From assembly GCA_963706595.1 (NCBI GenBank), contig OY970166.1, forward strand, positions 2,688,001 through 2,752,000: 64,000 nt of DNA. The letters run 5' to 3'. The notes beneath the pieces are model-generated. The model worked only from the letters and a program-made list of their open reading frames with translations. It had not been told where the DNA came from and did no database searches. Source of the stretch: an uncultured cyanobacterium. GTDB taxonomy: Bacteria > Cyanobacteriota > Cyanobacteriia > Cyanobacteriales > Nostocaceae. The position numbers were made by a program, and so were the translations under genes. Below are positions 1 through 12,270 of this stretch, piece by piece; positions within the stretch are counted from its first letter, which is position 1, and every line of letters starts with the position of its first letter.

Positions 1-261
1 TTGAAAAATTCGGGTGTTTTTCATCAGAAATAGGCAACCGATTGCAGAAGTTTGGAGTCCAGAGATGGGTGATATATAATACCATTTCCCTAAATGTTAA
101 ATACAAACAATTTGCCCTCTGTTCGTGGGAAATTAATTTCCACTCCCAGATACTTAACAACCTTTCCTCTTCTCCTCTTTTCCCCTGCCCCCTGCCCAAT
201 TACTTGACAAGAGCCATACAATCTGGTAAAAATTGTAATTTGTGGAAACTTTACCCTTTGA

Positions 262-1614
<1,353 letters not shown>

Positions 1615-1622
1615 ATGAATCC

Positions 1623-1704
1623 GACGCGATGAATTAGATCAATCAGACGCGATGAATCCGACGCGATGAATCTCAGACTCAGACGCGATGAATCGCGTCT
1701 CTAC
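1623..1704. repeat. REP-like palindrome AGACGCGATGAATCGCGTCTCTAC preceded by three partial tandem copies
   Basis: GACGCGATGAAT repeated 4 times; related copies near 9344, 50228 and 51102. Confidence 0.85.
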
Positions 1705-1753
1705 AAGGATATGCTGACAACTGATCACCGATAACTGATAACTAAAAACTTCT

Positions 1754-2053
1754 ATGGCTATTAAAGTTGAATCTCAAAAGCGCCCAGAAGGTAGCAAGCC
1801 AAATGCTTTACGCCGTTCTGGTCTTATCCCTGCTAATTTGTACGGTCACAAAGGTGCAGAATCAATTTCTCTAGTAGTTGAAGCTAAAACCATTGAGCGT
1901 CTGCTCAAACAAGCTGATGTTAACAAGACAGAAATTGAACTGAATATCCCTGAACTGGAGTGGACAGGTAAAACTGTACTGCGAGAAGTTCAATCCCATC
2001 CAGCTAAGGGTTTTGTCTACCACGTGAGCTTTTTTGCATCACCTAAAGACTAA
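1754..2053 (+). CDS. rplY: 50S ribosomal protein L25
   Basis: [13 protein letters not shown] and REVQSHP...HVSF motifs; short L25 form. Confidence 0.95.
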   Translation: MAIKVESQKRPEGSKPNALRRSGLIPANLYGHKGAESISLVVEAKTIERLLKQADVNKTEIELNIPELEWTGKTVLREVQSHPAKGFVYHVSFFASPKD

Positions 2054-2111
2054 TATAGACGCTAAGTTCGTCTTGATCGCAACTTAAAAATTTGTGCTAA
2101 TTGTTGATTAT

Positions 2112-2136
2112 ACCAGGGGTTAAACCCTGGTTTTTT
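2112..2136 (+). terminator. intrinsic terminator after rplY
   Basis: ACCAGGG/CCCTGGT stem followed by T-tract. Confidence 0.7.
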
Positions 2137-2245
2137 ATTACGAGCCTCAGACGATGGGTTTATAAGTTTGTCTGTGACCTTGTACAATGCGTGAATCCTG
2201 CGGGATTTATTTCAAATTTTTGTAAGTATCCAAGCGATAATTTTT

Positions 2246-3775
2246 ATGCCAGAAGTAAATCTTCCAGTTTTAATTCAGCAGATGTTACAGCCGGGATTTT
2301 ATCCCCATGCAGTCACAGAACCAATTCAACTGATTCAAACTCATATTTCCTATGTCCTACTTACAGGAGATTACGCCTATAAGCTGAAAAAACCCGTAAA
2401 TTTTGGCTTTTTGGATTTTTCTACTTTAGAGAAACGGAAACATTTTTGTCACGAAGAATTGCGCTTGAATCAACGCGGTGCGGCTGATCTGTACCTGGAA
2501 GTATTGCCTGTGACTATGGTGGATGAGCAACATCATCTGGGGGGAACAGGAAAGCCTGTAGAATATGCCCTGAAAATGCGCCAGTTTCCCCAGGAGTTGC
2601 TATTTAGTACGTTATTTGAGCAAGGTAAGTTAAAGGAAACTCACCTAGAGGATTTGGGGCAAGTAGTGGCTGAATACCACGCAAAATCTGCCACTGATGA
2701 TTATATTCGCAGTTTTGGCGAAGTGCCGCAGGTGCGGGCAGCAATTGATGAGAATTACCAACAAACTGAAAAGTATATTGGTGGACCTCAGACACAAAAA
2801 CAGTTTCAGGAAACAAAGCAATATACAGACAATTTTTTTTTAGAACGTCCAGAATTATTTACCCGCCGAGTTGAAAATAACTACATTCGCGAATGTCATG
2901 GTGATTTACACCTGAGAAATATTGCTCTGTGGCATGATAAAATTGCCCTTTTTGACTGCATTGAATTTAACGAGCCGTTTCGTTTTGTCGATGTCATGTA
3001 TGATGTGGCGTTTACGGTGATGGATTTAGAAGCGCGACATAGCCCTAGTTTGGCTAATGCGTTTTTAAATACCTACGTTGAGCAAACTGGTGATTGGGAA
3101 GGATTGCAGGTATTACCTTTGTATTTAAGCCGTCAGGCTTATGTGCGGGCAAAGGTGACTTCATTTCTGTTAGATGACCCTGGTGTGCCAGCGATCGCCA
3201 AGTCAGAGGCGGCAAAAACGGCGGCAGAATATTACCAGCAGGCTTGGGAGTATACTAAACCCAAAGCCGGAAAACTGATCTTAATGTCCGGGCTGTCGGG
3301 TTCGGGAAAGTCTACCACGGCAAAATATTTAGCCCGTGAACTCAAGGCTATTCAAATTCGCTCAGATGCAGTGCGGAAACATTTGGGGGGAATTTCTGTT
3401 TGGGAACGTGGTGGGGATGATTTATACAGCCCTGAGATGACCCAAAAAACTTATGCCCGATTGCTGGATTTGGGAATTACATTAGCGAAACAAGGTTTTC
3501 ATGTAATTTTAGATGCCAAGTATGATCAAGAACATCTGCGGCAAGAGGCGATCGCCCAAGCAGAAAAATACCAACTTCCCCTGCAAATCATTTACTGCAC
3601 AGCACCTTTAGAAGTGGTGCAAGAACGTCTGGCTAAACGTACTGGTGATATCGCTGATGCTACTGTCGATTTATTAACATCGCAACTTCAGCAAGCCGAA
3701 GCGTTTACCGATGCCGAAAAACCCTATGTGCAGATTTGGGATACAACTCAACCACCACAGACACAATTAAAATAG
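2246..3775 (+). CDS. aminoglycoside-phosphotransferase-like kinase fused to P-loop (AAA_33/gluconate kinase-like) domain
   Basis: CHGDLHLRNI and FDCIEF kinase motifs; C-terminal GLSGSGKST. Confidence 0.9.
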   Translation: MPEVNLPVLIQQMLQPGFYPHAVTEPIQLIQTHISYVLLTGDYAYKLKKPVNFGFLDFSTLEKRKHFCHEELRLNQRGAADLYLEVLPVTMVDEQHHLGGTGKPVEYALKMRQFPQELLFSTLFEQGKLKETHLEDLGQVVAEYHAKSATDDYIRSFGEVPQVRAAIDENYQQTEKYIGGPQTQKQFQETKQYTDNFFLERPELFTRRVENNYIRECHGDLHLRNIALWHDKIALFDCIEFNEPFRFVDVMYDVAFTVMDLEARHSPSLANAFLNTYVEQTGDWEGLQVLPLYLSRQAYVRAKVTSFLLDDPGVPAIAKSEAAKTAAEYYQQAWEYTKPKAGKLILMSGLSGSGKSTTAKYLARELKAIQIRSDAVRKHLGGISVWERGGDDLYSPEMTQKTYARLLDLGITLAKQGFHVILDAKYDQEHLRQEAIAQAEKYQLPLQIIYCTAPLEVVQERLAKRTGDIADATVDLLTSQLQQAEAFTDAEKPYVQIWDTTQPPQTQLK

Positions 3776-3789
3776 GTACTTGACCGAAA

Positions 3790-3975
3790 AATTTTAGATT
3801 TTGGATTTTAGATTTTGGATTGGGAATTTTCGGTACAAGCCTCGCCTCTTCAGGGCGGAATTAATCCAAAATACTCGCGGCGCTGCGTACGCTTCGCTAA
3901 CGCCAATCTAAAATCCTCAAGCTTCACACTTTAGGTTGGAGTAAATCCAAAATCCAAAATCGTCAATCCAAAATT
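3790..3975. repeat. inverted heptamer arrays (ATTTTRG / CCAAAAT) enclosing small hairpins
   Basis: attttagattttggattttagattttgg on the left, atccaaaatccaaaat...atccaaaat on the right. Confidence 0.6.
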
Positions 3976-4097
3976 GATTGACTCATAGTATTTATAGCAA
4001 CCGTCAAGGAGGTTAAGACATAAAGGGATAATCAAACTTAGACACCATTCGGGTTTTAACCCACTCCCCACTCCCTACTCCCCAGCTATATTACCTC

Positions 4098-4598
4098 ATG
4101 GCAAACAATCAAGGTTTACCCCCCATCTCGCCGGAATTCTTTTCTCAACTAGTATTTGGGGGATTTTTAATATTTATATTAGTCCTGGCGGGGTTTTCAT
4201 TTCCCCTGAGTATCTTCCTCGGCATTATTGCTGGTTTCATTTTAGGCTGGTTTACAAATTCTAGTAAAAATAGCCCCCAGGAAACTACTGTAGCCTCCTC
4301 TGACGGTATCGACGCAGGACTCAAATACTGGTTATTTTTTCTGTTAGGCTTTTCCTTTTTGGGGTATTCTCCACCTATAAGTATTTTGCTGGGTGGAATC
4401 GCTGCTATCGGTGGCGGTTGGATTACTGCTTGGTGGGGAAGCAAGGAAGCAGTGCAAACTCAGCTACCACTGGAAGCATCAGATATCGACACAGATGAAA
4501 CTCCTAGAGAAAGGATCACCAAACAGCAGAGAAGAAAACTTACCCGTCGTTATCGTCGGACTTCTGGAAGTTTCAATTTCAGATTTTGGGAAAGATGA
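4098..4598 (+). CDS. hypothetical membrane protein
   Basis: about four Gly-rich hydrophobic segments and a basic C-terminus. Confidence 0.75.
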   Translation: MANNQGLPPISPEFFSQLVFGGFLIFILVLAGFSFPLSIFLGIIAGFILGWFTNSSKNSPQETTVASSDGIDAGLKYWLFFLLGFSFLGYSPPISILLGGIAAIGGGWITAWWGSKEAVQTQLPLEASDIDTDETPRERITKQQRRKLTRRYRRTSGSFNFRFWER

Positions 4599-4600
4599 GG

Positions 4601-4648
4601 GTAATTCGTAATTCGTAATTCGTAATTTGTAATTCGTAATTCGTAATT
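4601..4648. repeat. heptamer tandem repeat (GTAATTC)n
   Basis: about 7 units; shorter copy at 59381-59405. Confidence 0.9.
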
Positions 4649-4671
4649 ACAGCAAAAACCTGATACTGAAT

Positions 4672-5463
4672 ATGTTTTTATATCTGTCTAAGTTACTACC
4701 CCTGTTTTTTTATCCCCTGGGACTAGTTAGTATTAGCTTGATTGTGGCATTGGTAACGTTGTGGAAACGACCACGCATTGCAGCGATCGCGATTTCTTTG
4801 GCTTTAAGTTTATTGCTGGTTTGCAGTAATGCTTGGGTGGCAAAATCTTTAGTGCGATCGCTCGAATGGCAACATCTTCCTTCTAACCCAGTCCCGAATG
4901 CAGAGGCGATTGTGGTTTTAGGTGGGGCAACCAAATCAGCCTATCCGCCCCGGCCGACTGTGGATTTAAGTGAAGCAGGCGATCGCGTAATTTATGCAGC
5001 GCAATTATATCGCCAACAGAAAGCCCCGATCATTATTCTCAGTGGAGGACGGATTGATTGGCGTGGTGGTGGTAAACCCGAATCAGCAGATATGGCAGAT
5101 GTCCTCACATCTCTTGGTATTCCCTCTGAGGTAATTATCCAGGAACCGGAATCTCTGAATACTTATCAAAATGCGGTAAATGTCAAGAAAATTTTACAAT
5201 CTCGTGGGATTGGTAAAGTATTATTAGTCACTTCGGCAATGCATACGCCGCGATCGCTAAAAATTTTCCAGCGTCAAGGTATTGATGTGATTGCTGCACC
5301 TACTGATTTTCTCGTCAGTCAAGGTGAACTGCAAGAACTCAGCAGCACTCCCAAAGCTGCTATTCTCAATTTATTACCTGACACCAGTAACCTACAGCAA
5401 TTTACTAATGCCCTCAAAGAATATATTGGCAGTTTTGTTTATCGCTGGCGTGGTTGGTTGTGA
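4672..5463 (+). CDS. YdcF/DUF218 family membrane-anchored protein
   Basis: IVVLGG, LSGG, S.NT.QNA, LLVTSAMH.PR and KEYIG motifs. Confidence 0.92.
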   Translation: MFLYLSKLLPLFFYPLGLVSISLIVALVTLWKRPRIAAIAISLALSLLLVCSNAWVAKSLVRSLEWQHLPSNPVPNAEAIVVLGGATKSAYPPRPTVDLSEAGDRVIYAAQLYRQQKAPIIILSGGRIDWRGGGKPESADMADVLTSLGIPSEVIIQEPESLNTYQNAVNVKKILQSRGIGKVLLVTSAMHTPRSLKIFQRQGIDVIAAPTDFLVSQGELQELSSTPKAAILNLLPDTSNLQQFTNALKEYIGSFVYRWRGWL

Positions 5464-5518
5464 AAAGACGCGATAAATTGAAGATAATTTGATTAAATAG
5501 CTCAAAAATATTCAGAGA

Positions 5519-5740
5519 ATGTCTAAAAATTTACCTTATATTATGCGATCGCCTCAATTTGAAGTTGAGGAAACCTTTGCTAATTACCACACAACTCACC
5601 AATTCTACCAAGAAGTTCACACCCGCTCAGAGTTTGAGAACTATTGCCAGTGGTATGAAATAACGGCAGAACAGCATCGTCAAGACTTGGAAAAAATGCG
5701 CGGCGAATTAAATATTTTTCAGTGGTTTCGCCGCTCGTGA
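5519..5740 (+). CDS. small hypothetical protein
   Basis: 73-aa ATG ORF filling the gap between convergent genes; contains an in-frame HIP1. Confidence 0.7.
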   Translation: MSKNLPYIMRSPQFEVEETFANYHTTHQFYQEVHTRSEFENYCQWYEITAEQHRQDLEKMRGELNIFQWFRRS

Positions 5741-5745
5741 GTGAT

Positions 5746-5967
5746 TTAAATAACTTCCAACTCATTCTCACGTAAATGAGCTTTAAATTTTTTAGTAAAC
5801 CTGACTAAAATGGGCAGATTAGCGCTGACCGGTCTACCTTGCCATTCAGTAGCAATACCTATGACTTCACCTTCTGTATCTTTGATATCAAAAGCCTGAC
5901 CGCGATGATCAGGATGATGATACATTACTACCGACTCTTTCACACGGACGCGATCGCCAACTTTCAT
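5746..5967 (-). CDS. ftrV: ferredoxin-thioredoxin reductase variable chain
   Basis: MKVGDRVRVK..V.MYHHP.HR...SANLP...FKAHL; start trimmed to MKVGD. Confidence 0.93.
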   Translation of the reverse strand: MKVGDRVRVKESVVMYHHPDHRGQAFDIKDTEGEVIGIATEWQGRPVSANLPILVRFTKKFKAHLRENELEVI

Positions 5968-6401
5968 AACAACATTTATATCTAGCTTTTGCTGTTCCAC
6001 AAGCATCTCCACCTGCATTCCTCACTGAACTGCTTTCTTGAAAAATAAACTGTTTATAACAGTCAATTTTAAGCTCCCATTGCCACAGAAGCTTTGTTTT
6101 ACGCCTTTGTAACTGATATACAAACAAAGCCTTCCTAGAAAGACGGGGCTTGTATCACTTTATTCTCAGTCAGCGACATTCGGATAGTTAAAAACCCGCT
6201 TTGGTTTTGCTGTGCGCTTTAACGACAAATCCAATTCTACAACAATTGACGCTCTCAAACCTAATTTCTTCTTGTCTCATGCCCACTGAGGAAGATAATT
6301 AAATAACATCCAAATCTAGTTTTCGACTTCACCTCGCCATTGAAACTCTCCCCTCTCCTTACCAAGGAGAGGGGCTGGGGGTGAGGTTCCATTTTTCAAC
6401 G

Positions 6402-6580
6402 AAGAGGCAGGGGGAAGTGGGCTTTCTCGCAGGGGGAAATGACCCCTTCCTCCTGCCGTGAAGCGGAGCGGAACATGGGTCTGAGTCCCCCATTTCTACA
6501 AAGTGGTTCTCGTCCTGGTGGGGTCGAATCCCCATCTCGACTTTCCCCCCTGCTCCCTGCTCCCTGCTCCCTTGCCTCTT
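6402..6580. mobile_element. MITE-like dispersed element
   Basis: imperfect terminal inverted repeats AAGAGGCAGGGG / CCCCTTGCCTCTT, internal CTCCCTG heptamers, GC-rich relative to flanks. Confidence 0.55.
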
Positions 6581-6596
6581 TTTCAACCTGCATTCC

Positions 6597-8663
6597 TTAC
6601 TTAAATTGGGGACAGATTAGTTGCATTCTTTGGGGAAGTTGCCGACATAGCTGTGAAAATCCTTGAGGATTAAATTGCCCCCAAGCAAATAATCCCAGAC
6701 TTGTACCCCCCACCAGCACAGCCAAGAATCCCCCAAATAGCATCAGAGGCTTACGCCGAATTGGTTGTTTGACTGGAGTGGAGATGGGTGACTCTGGAGA
6801 ATTATCAAGTGTCAAATCCAAATCCAGTAGTGCTTGGGAACTTTCCGCCAAGGAAGATTCTGCTTCTAGTTCTTCTAATTTTTCTAGTTCTTCTAATTTT
6901 TCTAGTTCTTCTAGTTTTTCTAGTTCTTCTAGTTTTTCTAGTTCTTCTAATTCTTCTAGTTTTTCTAATTCTTCTAGTTTTTCTAGTTTTTCTAATTCTT
7001 CAAATTTGACAATTTCTCCTGAAAGTAATAACGGAGTAACAGGCACAAGATATTCTTTGGATACTCGGTACAGAGTCATGACCACAGAAGTATTATCATG
7101 ACCATTTTTCTCATTTGCTAAATTAATCCAATTGCTGACAGCATCCGCAACGGAAACTTGACCTGCTAACACGGGTATTACATAATCCTGCCAAGATTTT
7201 TCTACCCAATTGTGATCACTTAAACCATCAGAACACAGCAGCAATACACCGTCTTCTTCCAAAATCAAGCGTTTAATAGCAATGTGTAAAAATTTAGCAT
7301 CTTTTGTCCCCAATGCTTGGGTGAGGGCAGTTGCATCTATACTTTCAAGTGCTGGACGATACAGACTGTGGGCAGAACACACTTCTCGCGTCGCCACAAT
7401 ATCATCCACTGTTAGTAGCTGGCAATAATCGGCCGTTATCCAATAAGCACGACTATCGCCAATATTAGCTAAATAAACTTCATGGGCATTATCTGACTGC
7501 CACCCAGAGGTCGTTGGCACTCGTTGCGGCACTTGTACAGCCATCACCAGGGTTGTGGCCATGCGTTCTCTGCCTTGGCGTTTCTGTTCGTCATTACAAG
7601 CACTAATGACATTATTCACAACCCGCAAACTGGCTTCTAGTTGTGACTGCAATAAATCCGGAGGAACGAGTTGAGTTTGTTCTCCTACTTCCGTTAACAA
7701 AGCCCTGATTTGCAGTTTCAGAGTCTGTACAGCCAATTGACTGGCAACTTCACCGCCTTGATGTCCACCAATGCCATCACAAACAATGGCTAATCGTGGC
7801 ATTATTGGGTCATTTAAGTCACTAGTAGTCATGGGGTAGCAATTGTCTTCATTGTGCCGCAATTCCGGTCCAATGTCAGTTGCTCCTGCCACTTTCAGAC
7901 TTAATGGTAATTCTGCCGCCGATGAAAGTAATAAGGCGTTGAGTTGAGTAGAAATGGTTTCTAACTCTGCCTCAGTGTTACACATCTGTTGAACGATATT
8001 TTCTAATTCTTGAGATACTGGGGTATTTACAGATGCTATCCAAGGCTGCCAGGATTGACCCAAATCCTGTAAACTCGGTTTGGGAGTAGCTGGTGTTTGG
8101 TAAAGTTGCAATAGTCGCACACACCAACCTTGCGATCGCACGTTATCTGGTATCAGTAAACTATGGGCAACTCCTAACTCTGATAAAGGTTTCCACAGTT
8201 CCAGAATTTGCCATAACCAATAAACTTGTCTGACAGCCGTTGCTTGTTCCCAGCCCTCAAAAATAGTTGGGTAAAGATTTCCCGTCTCATCTATCGGCAC
8301 ATTTTCCAGCAAGAGAATATCATCTGCACCTGCTTCTTCAGTGAGAACAAAGCCATAGGCTACGGGCAGGTGCAATCGTTCTTGGTATAGCCTCAAGTAA
8401 GGCATAACTGCTGTGGGTAAATCTTCAGGGACTGTGGGCGCTAACCCCGGCTGAGTATCTAACCAAACCTGCTGTGTAATTACCTCATACCTATCTAGCA
8501 CTTTAGTTCCCGGTGAGATGGCGGCTGCTAAAGAACCACTAGCCCAGAGATAGCGGTGAACTAGAGGAGTTTCGCAACTTGCACAAAGACTTTCCCCCGC
8601 AGGATTAATGGGGTGATTACAGTCTGGATTAACGCAATAAATTATTCGCTGTGTCGAAATCAT
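6597..8663 (-). CDS. PP2C/PPM protein phosphatase with N-terminal Cys4 zinc ribbon, kinase-like middle region and C-terminal TM helix
   Basis: R.HNED, VCDGIGGH.GG, NIGDSRAY, LCSDGL, GHDN motifs; CVNPDC...CASC. Confidence 0.93.
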   Translation of the reverse strand: MISTQRIIYCVNPDCNHPINPAGESLCASCETPLVHRYLWASGSLAAAISPGTKVLDRYEVITQQVWLDTQPGLAPTVPEDLPTAVMPYLRLYQERLHLPVAYGFVLTEEAGADDILLLENVPIDETGNLYPTIFEGWEQATAVRQVYWLWQILELWKPLSELGVAHSLLIPDNVRSQGWCVRLLQLYQTPATPKPSLQDLGQSWQPWIASVNTPVSQELENIVQQMCNTEAELETISTQLNALLLSSAAELPLSLKVAGATDIGPELRHNEDNCYPMTTSDLNDPIMPRLAIVCDGIGGHQGGEVASQLAVQTLKLQIRALLTEVGEQTQLVPPDLLQSQLEASLRVVNNVISACNDEQKRQGRERMATTLVMAVQVPQRVPTTSGWQSDNAHEVYLANIGDSRAYWITADYCQLLTVDDIVATREVCSAHSLYRPALESIDATALTQALGTKDAKFLHIAIKRLILEEDGVLLLCSDGLSDHNWVEKSWQDYVIPVLAGQVSVADAVSNWINLANEKNGHDNTSVVMTLYRVSKEYLVPVTPLLLSGEIVKFEELEKLEKLEELEKLEELEELEKLEELEKLEELEKLEELEKLEELEAESSLAESSQALLDLDLTLDNSPESPISTPVKQPIRRKPLMLFGGFLAVLVGGTSLGLFAWGQFNPQGFSQLCRQLPQRMQLICPQFK
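6864..7001. repeat. in-frame 9-nt tandem repeat encoding (E/K-L-E)n
   Basis: TTCTA(G/A)TT(C/T) about 15 units inside the PP2C gene. Confidence 0.9.
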
Positions 8664-8895
8664 GTAAGTATAAAGTCAAAAAATAAATTAACTTGTAAAT
8701 TTCGATTAAATCTAAGTTTCCCAGACTTGAAGGCTAGAATATACTGGATTCATGTACCCGTGACTACAGCTTGTTACTGAAAGTAATCAAACATCCTCTA
8801 AAAATATCAAGTTTCGTTTTCCGTAAACAGTTACAGTCAGAGTGTATCTAATCTCAAAAATACATTTACATAAATGTAGAGTCTAGGGTGGCGCT

Positions 8896-9333
8896 ATGTC
8901 TATGCCAAGTTATACCTTAATCTGGCTCCTGGCAGGATCTGTTCTGTGTTTAATGGAACTTTTCTTACCATCGGCTTTTGTGGAATTCATGATGGGAATT
9001 AGTGCCTTTGTAGTGGCGCTACTGTCTCTAGTGGGTTTGGGGAATTTATGGCTACAAGTTGCGGTTTGGTTACTGCTTTCCACAGCTTTAATTTTGCTTT
9101 CCCGGCGGTTTTTGCAACCGCGCCGACGCAAGTCGAAAATGCCGGAGACAGTTCTAGCCGAAACCTTAACAGAAATTCCGCCTGGGGAAACCGGACGGGT
9201 GCTATATGAAGGAAATTCTTGGCGCGCACAATGTGACGACGAACAACTCAGCGTAGCAGCCCATCAAAGAGTTTATGTAGTCAGAAGACAAGGCACAACT
9301 TTGATTGTGATGCCAGATTATTTATTGCGTTGA
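8896..9333 (+). CDS. NfeD family protein
   Basis: N-terminal TM helices, GRV.YEG.SWRA OB-fold; upstream of stomatin gene. Confidence 0.9.
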   Translation: MSMPSYTLIWLLAGSVLCLMELFLPSAFVEFMMGISAFVVALLSLVGLGNLWLQVAVWLLLSTALILLSRRFLQPRRRKSKMPETVLAETLTEIPPGETGRVLYEGNSWRAQCDDEQLSVAAHQRVYVVRRQGTTLIVMPDYLLR

Positions 9334-9417
9334 GTTTGCGCTTGTAGAGACGCGATTCATCGCGTCTGGGAAGAGGACTCACACAGAAATGGTATGAGAA
9401 ATTAGGAGAATAAACAA

Positions 9418-10419
9418 ATGGAGCAATTTTTCTTACTCATCTTCTTGGCGCTGGGTGGTTCTGCGGTAGCAGGATCTGTGAAGGTTGTCAATCAAGGTAA
9501 TGAAGTCTTGGTAGAAAGATTGGGTAGCTATAATCAAAAGCTGGAACCAGGGCTGAATTTTGTCATCCCTTTTTTAGATAAAATCGTTTACCAACAAACC
9601 ATTCGCGAAAAAGTCTTAGATATTCCGCCCCAAAAATGTATTACCCGCGACAATGTGGGAATTGAAGTTGATGCGGTGGTTTACTGGCGAATTGTGGATA
9701 TGGAAAAAGCCTGGTATAAGGTGGAAAATCTCCATGCAGCCATGACAAACTTGGTTTTAACTCAAATTCGCTCGGAAATGGGGCAATTGGAGTTAGATAA
9801 ATCCTTTACCGCTCGTTCTCAAATCAATGATATCTTATTGCGCGAGTTAGATATTGCTACTGATCCTTGGGGTGTGAAAATCACACGGGTAGAATTGCGA
9901 GATATCGTCCCATCCCAGACAGTGCGAGAATCAATGGAGTTGCAAATGGCAGCAGAACGGCGCAGACGGGCAGCAATTCTCACTTCTGAGGGTGAACGGG
10001 AATCTGCTGTTAATAGCGCTAGGGGTAAGGCTGAGGCGCAAATTTTGGACGCTGAAGCTCGCCAAAAATCCACGATTCTCGATGCCGAAGCGCAACAAAA
10101 ATCGCTCATATTGCAAGCCCAAGCTGAACGCCAGCAGCAAGTTCTGAAGGCACAAGCAACATCAGAAGCACTACAAATTATCACCAAAACTCTGAATGCT
10201 GAACCAGGCGCACAAGAAGCATTACAGTTTTTACTGGCACAAAATTATTTAGAAATGGGTACAAAGATTGGCAGCAGCGACAGCAGTAAAGTTATGTTTA
10301 TGGACCCCCGCAGTATTCCTGCTACTTTAGAGGGGATGCGTTCTATTGTTTCTGATGCTTCTGCTAGCCCCTTGTTTGGCGGTGAGACACTAGGGAGGAA
10401 TCAAAATCGTTCCAGCTAA
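9418..10419 (+). CDS. SPFH/stomatin-like (band 7) protein
   Basis: [24 protein letters not shown] and AERRRRA motifs. Confidence 0.95.
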   Translation: MEQFFLLIFLALGGSAVAGSVKVVNQGNEVLVERLGSYNQKLEPGLNFVIPFLDKIVYQQTIREKVLDIPPQKCITRDNVGIEVDAVVYWRIVDMEKAWYKVENLHAAMTNLVLTQIRSEMGQLELDKSFTARSQINDILLRELDIATDPWGVKITRVELRDIVPSQTVRESMELQMAAERRRRAAILTSEGERESAVNSARGKAEAQILDAEARQKSTILDAEAQQKSLILQAQAERQQQVLKAQATSEALQIITKTLNAEPGAQEALQFLLAQNYLEMGTKIGSSDSSKVMFMDPRSIPATLEGMRSIVSDASASPLFGGETLGRNQNRSS

Positions 10420-10491
10420 AAAAAGGTAATGAGTTAAAAGCTAAATTTTTCAATTAATAACTTTTAACTCATAGGTTTTACTAATGAATTC

Positions 10492-10893
10492 CTATGCCAG
10501 AGTTTGATTCATCTGGCATCGACTACACAAACCAAAAAATTCCAATGTGTGGTAAAAAATTTTAAACTTATGGCTGGATTCTAACTCGTCTTCTAGGTTA
10601 TGAACGGGACACTGATTAATTGGAATCGAAATGCCACACTGGAGGCAAGTGAGATGGTGCTTGTCTTGCTGGGCTAGGTTATAAAGGGCTTCACCGTTAG
10701 CCAAAGTCCTGACCTGCACCATACCTTCTAGTTTTAATCCCTCCAGGGAGCGGTAAACTGTGGCTAAACCCATGCTCTGATTTCGATTACGTAATTGTAC
10801 GTAAATATCTTGGGCAGAAATGCCTTGTTTGATGGTTTTCAGCAGGCTCAAAATCCGCTCTTGACTGCGAGTGTGTACGGCTCTCATAGACAA
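10492..10893 (-). CDS. zur: Fur family regulator, Zur/FurB type
   Basis: GLATVYRSL, HHLTCLQCG and C-terminal CSRC; resembles Anabaena FurB and is divergent from purS. Confidence 0.85.
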   Translation of the reverse strand: MSMRAVHTRSQERILSLLKTIKQGISAQDIYVQLRNRNQSMGLATVYRSLEGLKLEGMVQVRTLANGEALYNLAQQDKHHLTCLQCGISIPINQCPVHNLEDELESSHKFKIFYHTLEFFGLCSRCQMNQTLA

Positions 10894-11032
10894 TTATTTA
10901 AATTCGCCACTGTAGTAGAAGCTGTTATAATTGACAACTAATTAATTAACTGTAACCGCTTCGTAATCTTATTTTCACCCAGTTGGGGCAGAAAGTTATA
11001 GTATAGCGATCGCAGCATTCAGCAAAAAGCCT

Positions 11033-11311
11033 GTGCAAAGGAAGTATATAGCTAAAATTTTCGTGACGCTTCGTCCTTCAGTGTTAGACCCTGCTGGTGT
11101 CGCTGTACAATCCGGTCTCCAGCAACTGGGATACAACAATGTGGAACAGGTGCGGATTGGTAAGTACATTCAACTAACCATCACTTCGACTGAAGAGATT
11201 AAAGCGCGTCAAGACCTTGAGCGTATCTGTGACCAAATGCTAGCAAATCCGGTAATTGAAAATTATCGCTTTGATTTGATAGAGGTGGAAACACAAACGG
11301 GAGTCATTTAA
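11033..11311 (+). CDS. purS: phosphoribosylformylglycinamidine synthase subunit PurS
   Basis: VLDPAG, VRIGK, LANPVIENY. Confidence 0.97.
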   Translation: MQRKYIAKIFVTLRPSVLDPAGVAVQSGLQQLGYNNVEQVRIGKYIQLTITSTEEIKARQDLERICDQMLANPVIENYRFDLIEVETQTGVI

Positions 11312-11415
11312 CAGGGGTTGGGGAATGAGGGAGAACGGGAGAAGATTAATTTCCCACTCCCCACTCCCCACTCCCTACTCCCCACTGCTAATGACCAATG
11401 ACTACTGACTAAATC

Positions 11416-12090
11416 ATGAAATTTGGGGTTTTGGTTTTTCCGGGTTCTAATTGCGATCGCGATGTGGCTTATGTGACCAGAGATTTGCTGGGTCAACCGA
11501 CTCGCATGGTTTGGCATCAAGAAACAGACATCGCTGATGTGGATGTGGTAATTGTACCTGGTGGATTTAGTTACGGTGATTATTTGCGCTGTGGTGCGAT
11601 CGCTCAATTCTCGCCTGTGATGCAGCAGGTTATTGCTCATGCACAAAAAGGTAAGTTTGTCCTCGGTATTTGCAATGGTTTTCAGGTATTAACTGAAGCA
11701 GGGTTGTTACCAGGGGCATTGACGAGGAATCGAGATTTGCATTTTATCTGCGATCGCCTCCCCTTGCAAGTTGAGCGTACCGATACCAATTGGACGCAAG
11801 CTTATACAACGGGTGAAACTATCACTTTACCCATTGCTCACGGTGAAGGGCGATTTTATGCTGATCCAGCCACCTTATCAGCCATCGAAGATCATGGGCA
11901 AGTTGTCTTCCGCTATGCAGGAGAAAATCCCAACGGTTCACTCAACAACATCGCCGGCATTTGTAATCGACAAGGCAATGTTTTGGGCATGATGCCGCAC
12001 CCAGAAAGAGCATCAGATGCCGCGCTGGGGTCTAGTGATGGGTTGAGGTTATTTCAAGGGTTGTTAGAGAAAATAACCGTCTTAGCGTAA
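11416..12090 (+). CDS. purQ: phosphoribosylformylglycinamidine synthase subunit PurQ
   Basis: [31 protein letters not shown]. Confidence 0.98.
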   Translation: MKFGVLVFPGSNCDRDVAYVTRDLLGQPTRMVWHQETDIADVDVVIVPGGFSYGDYLRCGAIAQFSPVMQQVIAHAQKGKFVLGICNGFQVLTEAGLLPGALTRNRDLHFICDRLPLQVERTDTNWTQAYTTGETITLPIAHGEGRFYADPATLSAIEDHGQVVFRYAGENPNGSLNNIAGICNRQGNVLGMMPHPERASDAALGSSDGLRLFQGLLEKITVLA

Positions 12091-12126
12091 TTTTCTTTTT
12101 CCCTTGTTTACAACTTAAATTTGCTC

Positions 12127-12153
12127 AAAGTCCGCGTAAGGGGACTTTTTTTA
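12127..12153 (+). terminator. intrinsic terminator after purQ
   Basis: AAAGTCC/GGACTTT stem followed by T-tract. Confidence 0.75.
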
Positions 12154-12199
12154 TTCCTAAAAAACATTAATAAAGAATTACTCAGTAATTATACGATTA

Positions 12200-12228
12200 T
12201 TGACGTATTATTTTATTCGATTTATGCT
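12200..12228 (+). promoter_or_regulatory. sigma70-type promoter for the cassette
   Basis: TTGACG-17 nt-TATGCT, 42 nt before the GTG start. Confidence 0.55.
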
Positions 12229-12270
12229 TAACTATTAATTCAATTAATTTAAATTATCAGGGTTATCAAG

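Noticed and set aside
6359..6666. Short overlapping ORFs of 65-75 aa
   Set aside because: They translate MITE and heptamer repeat DNA
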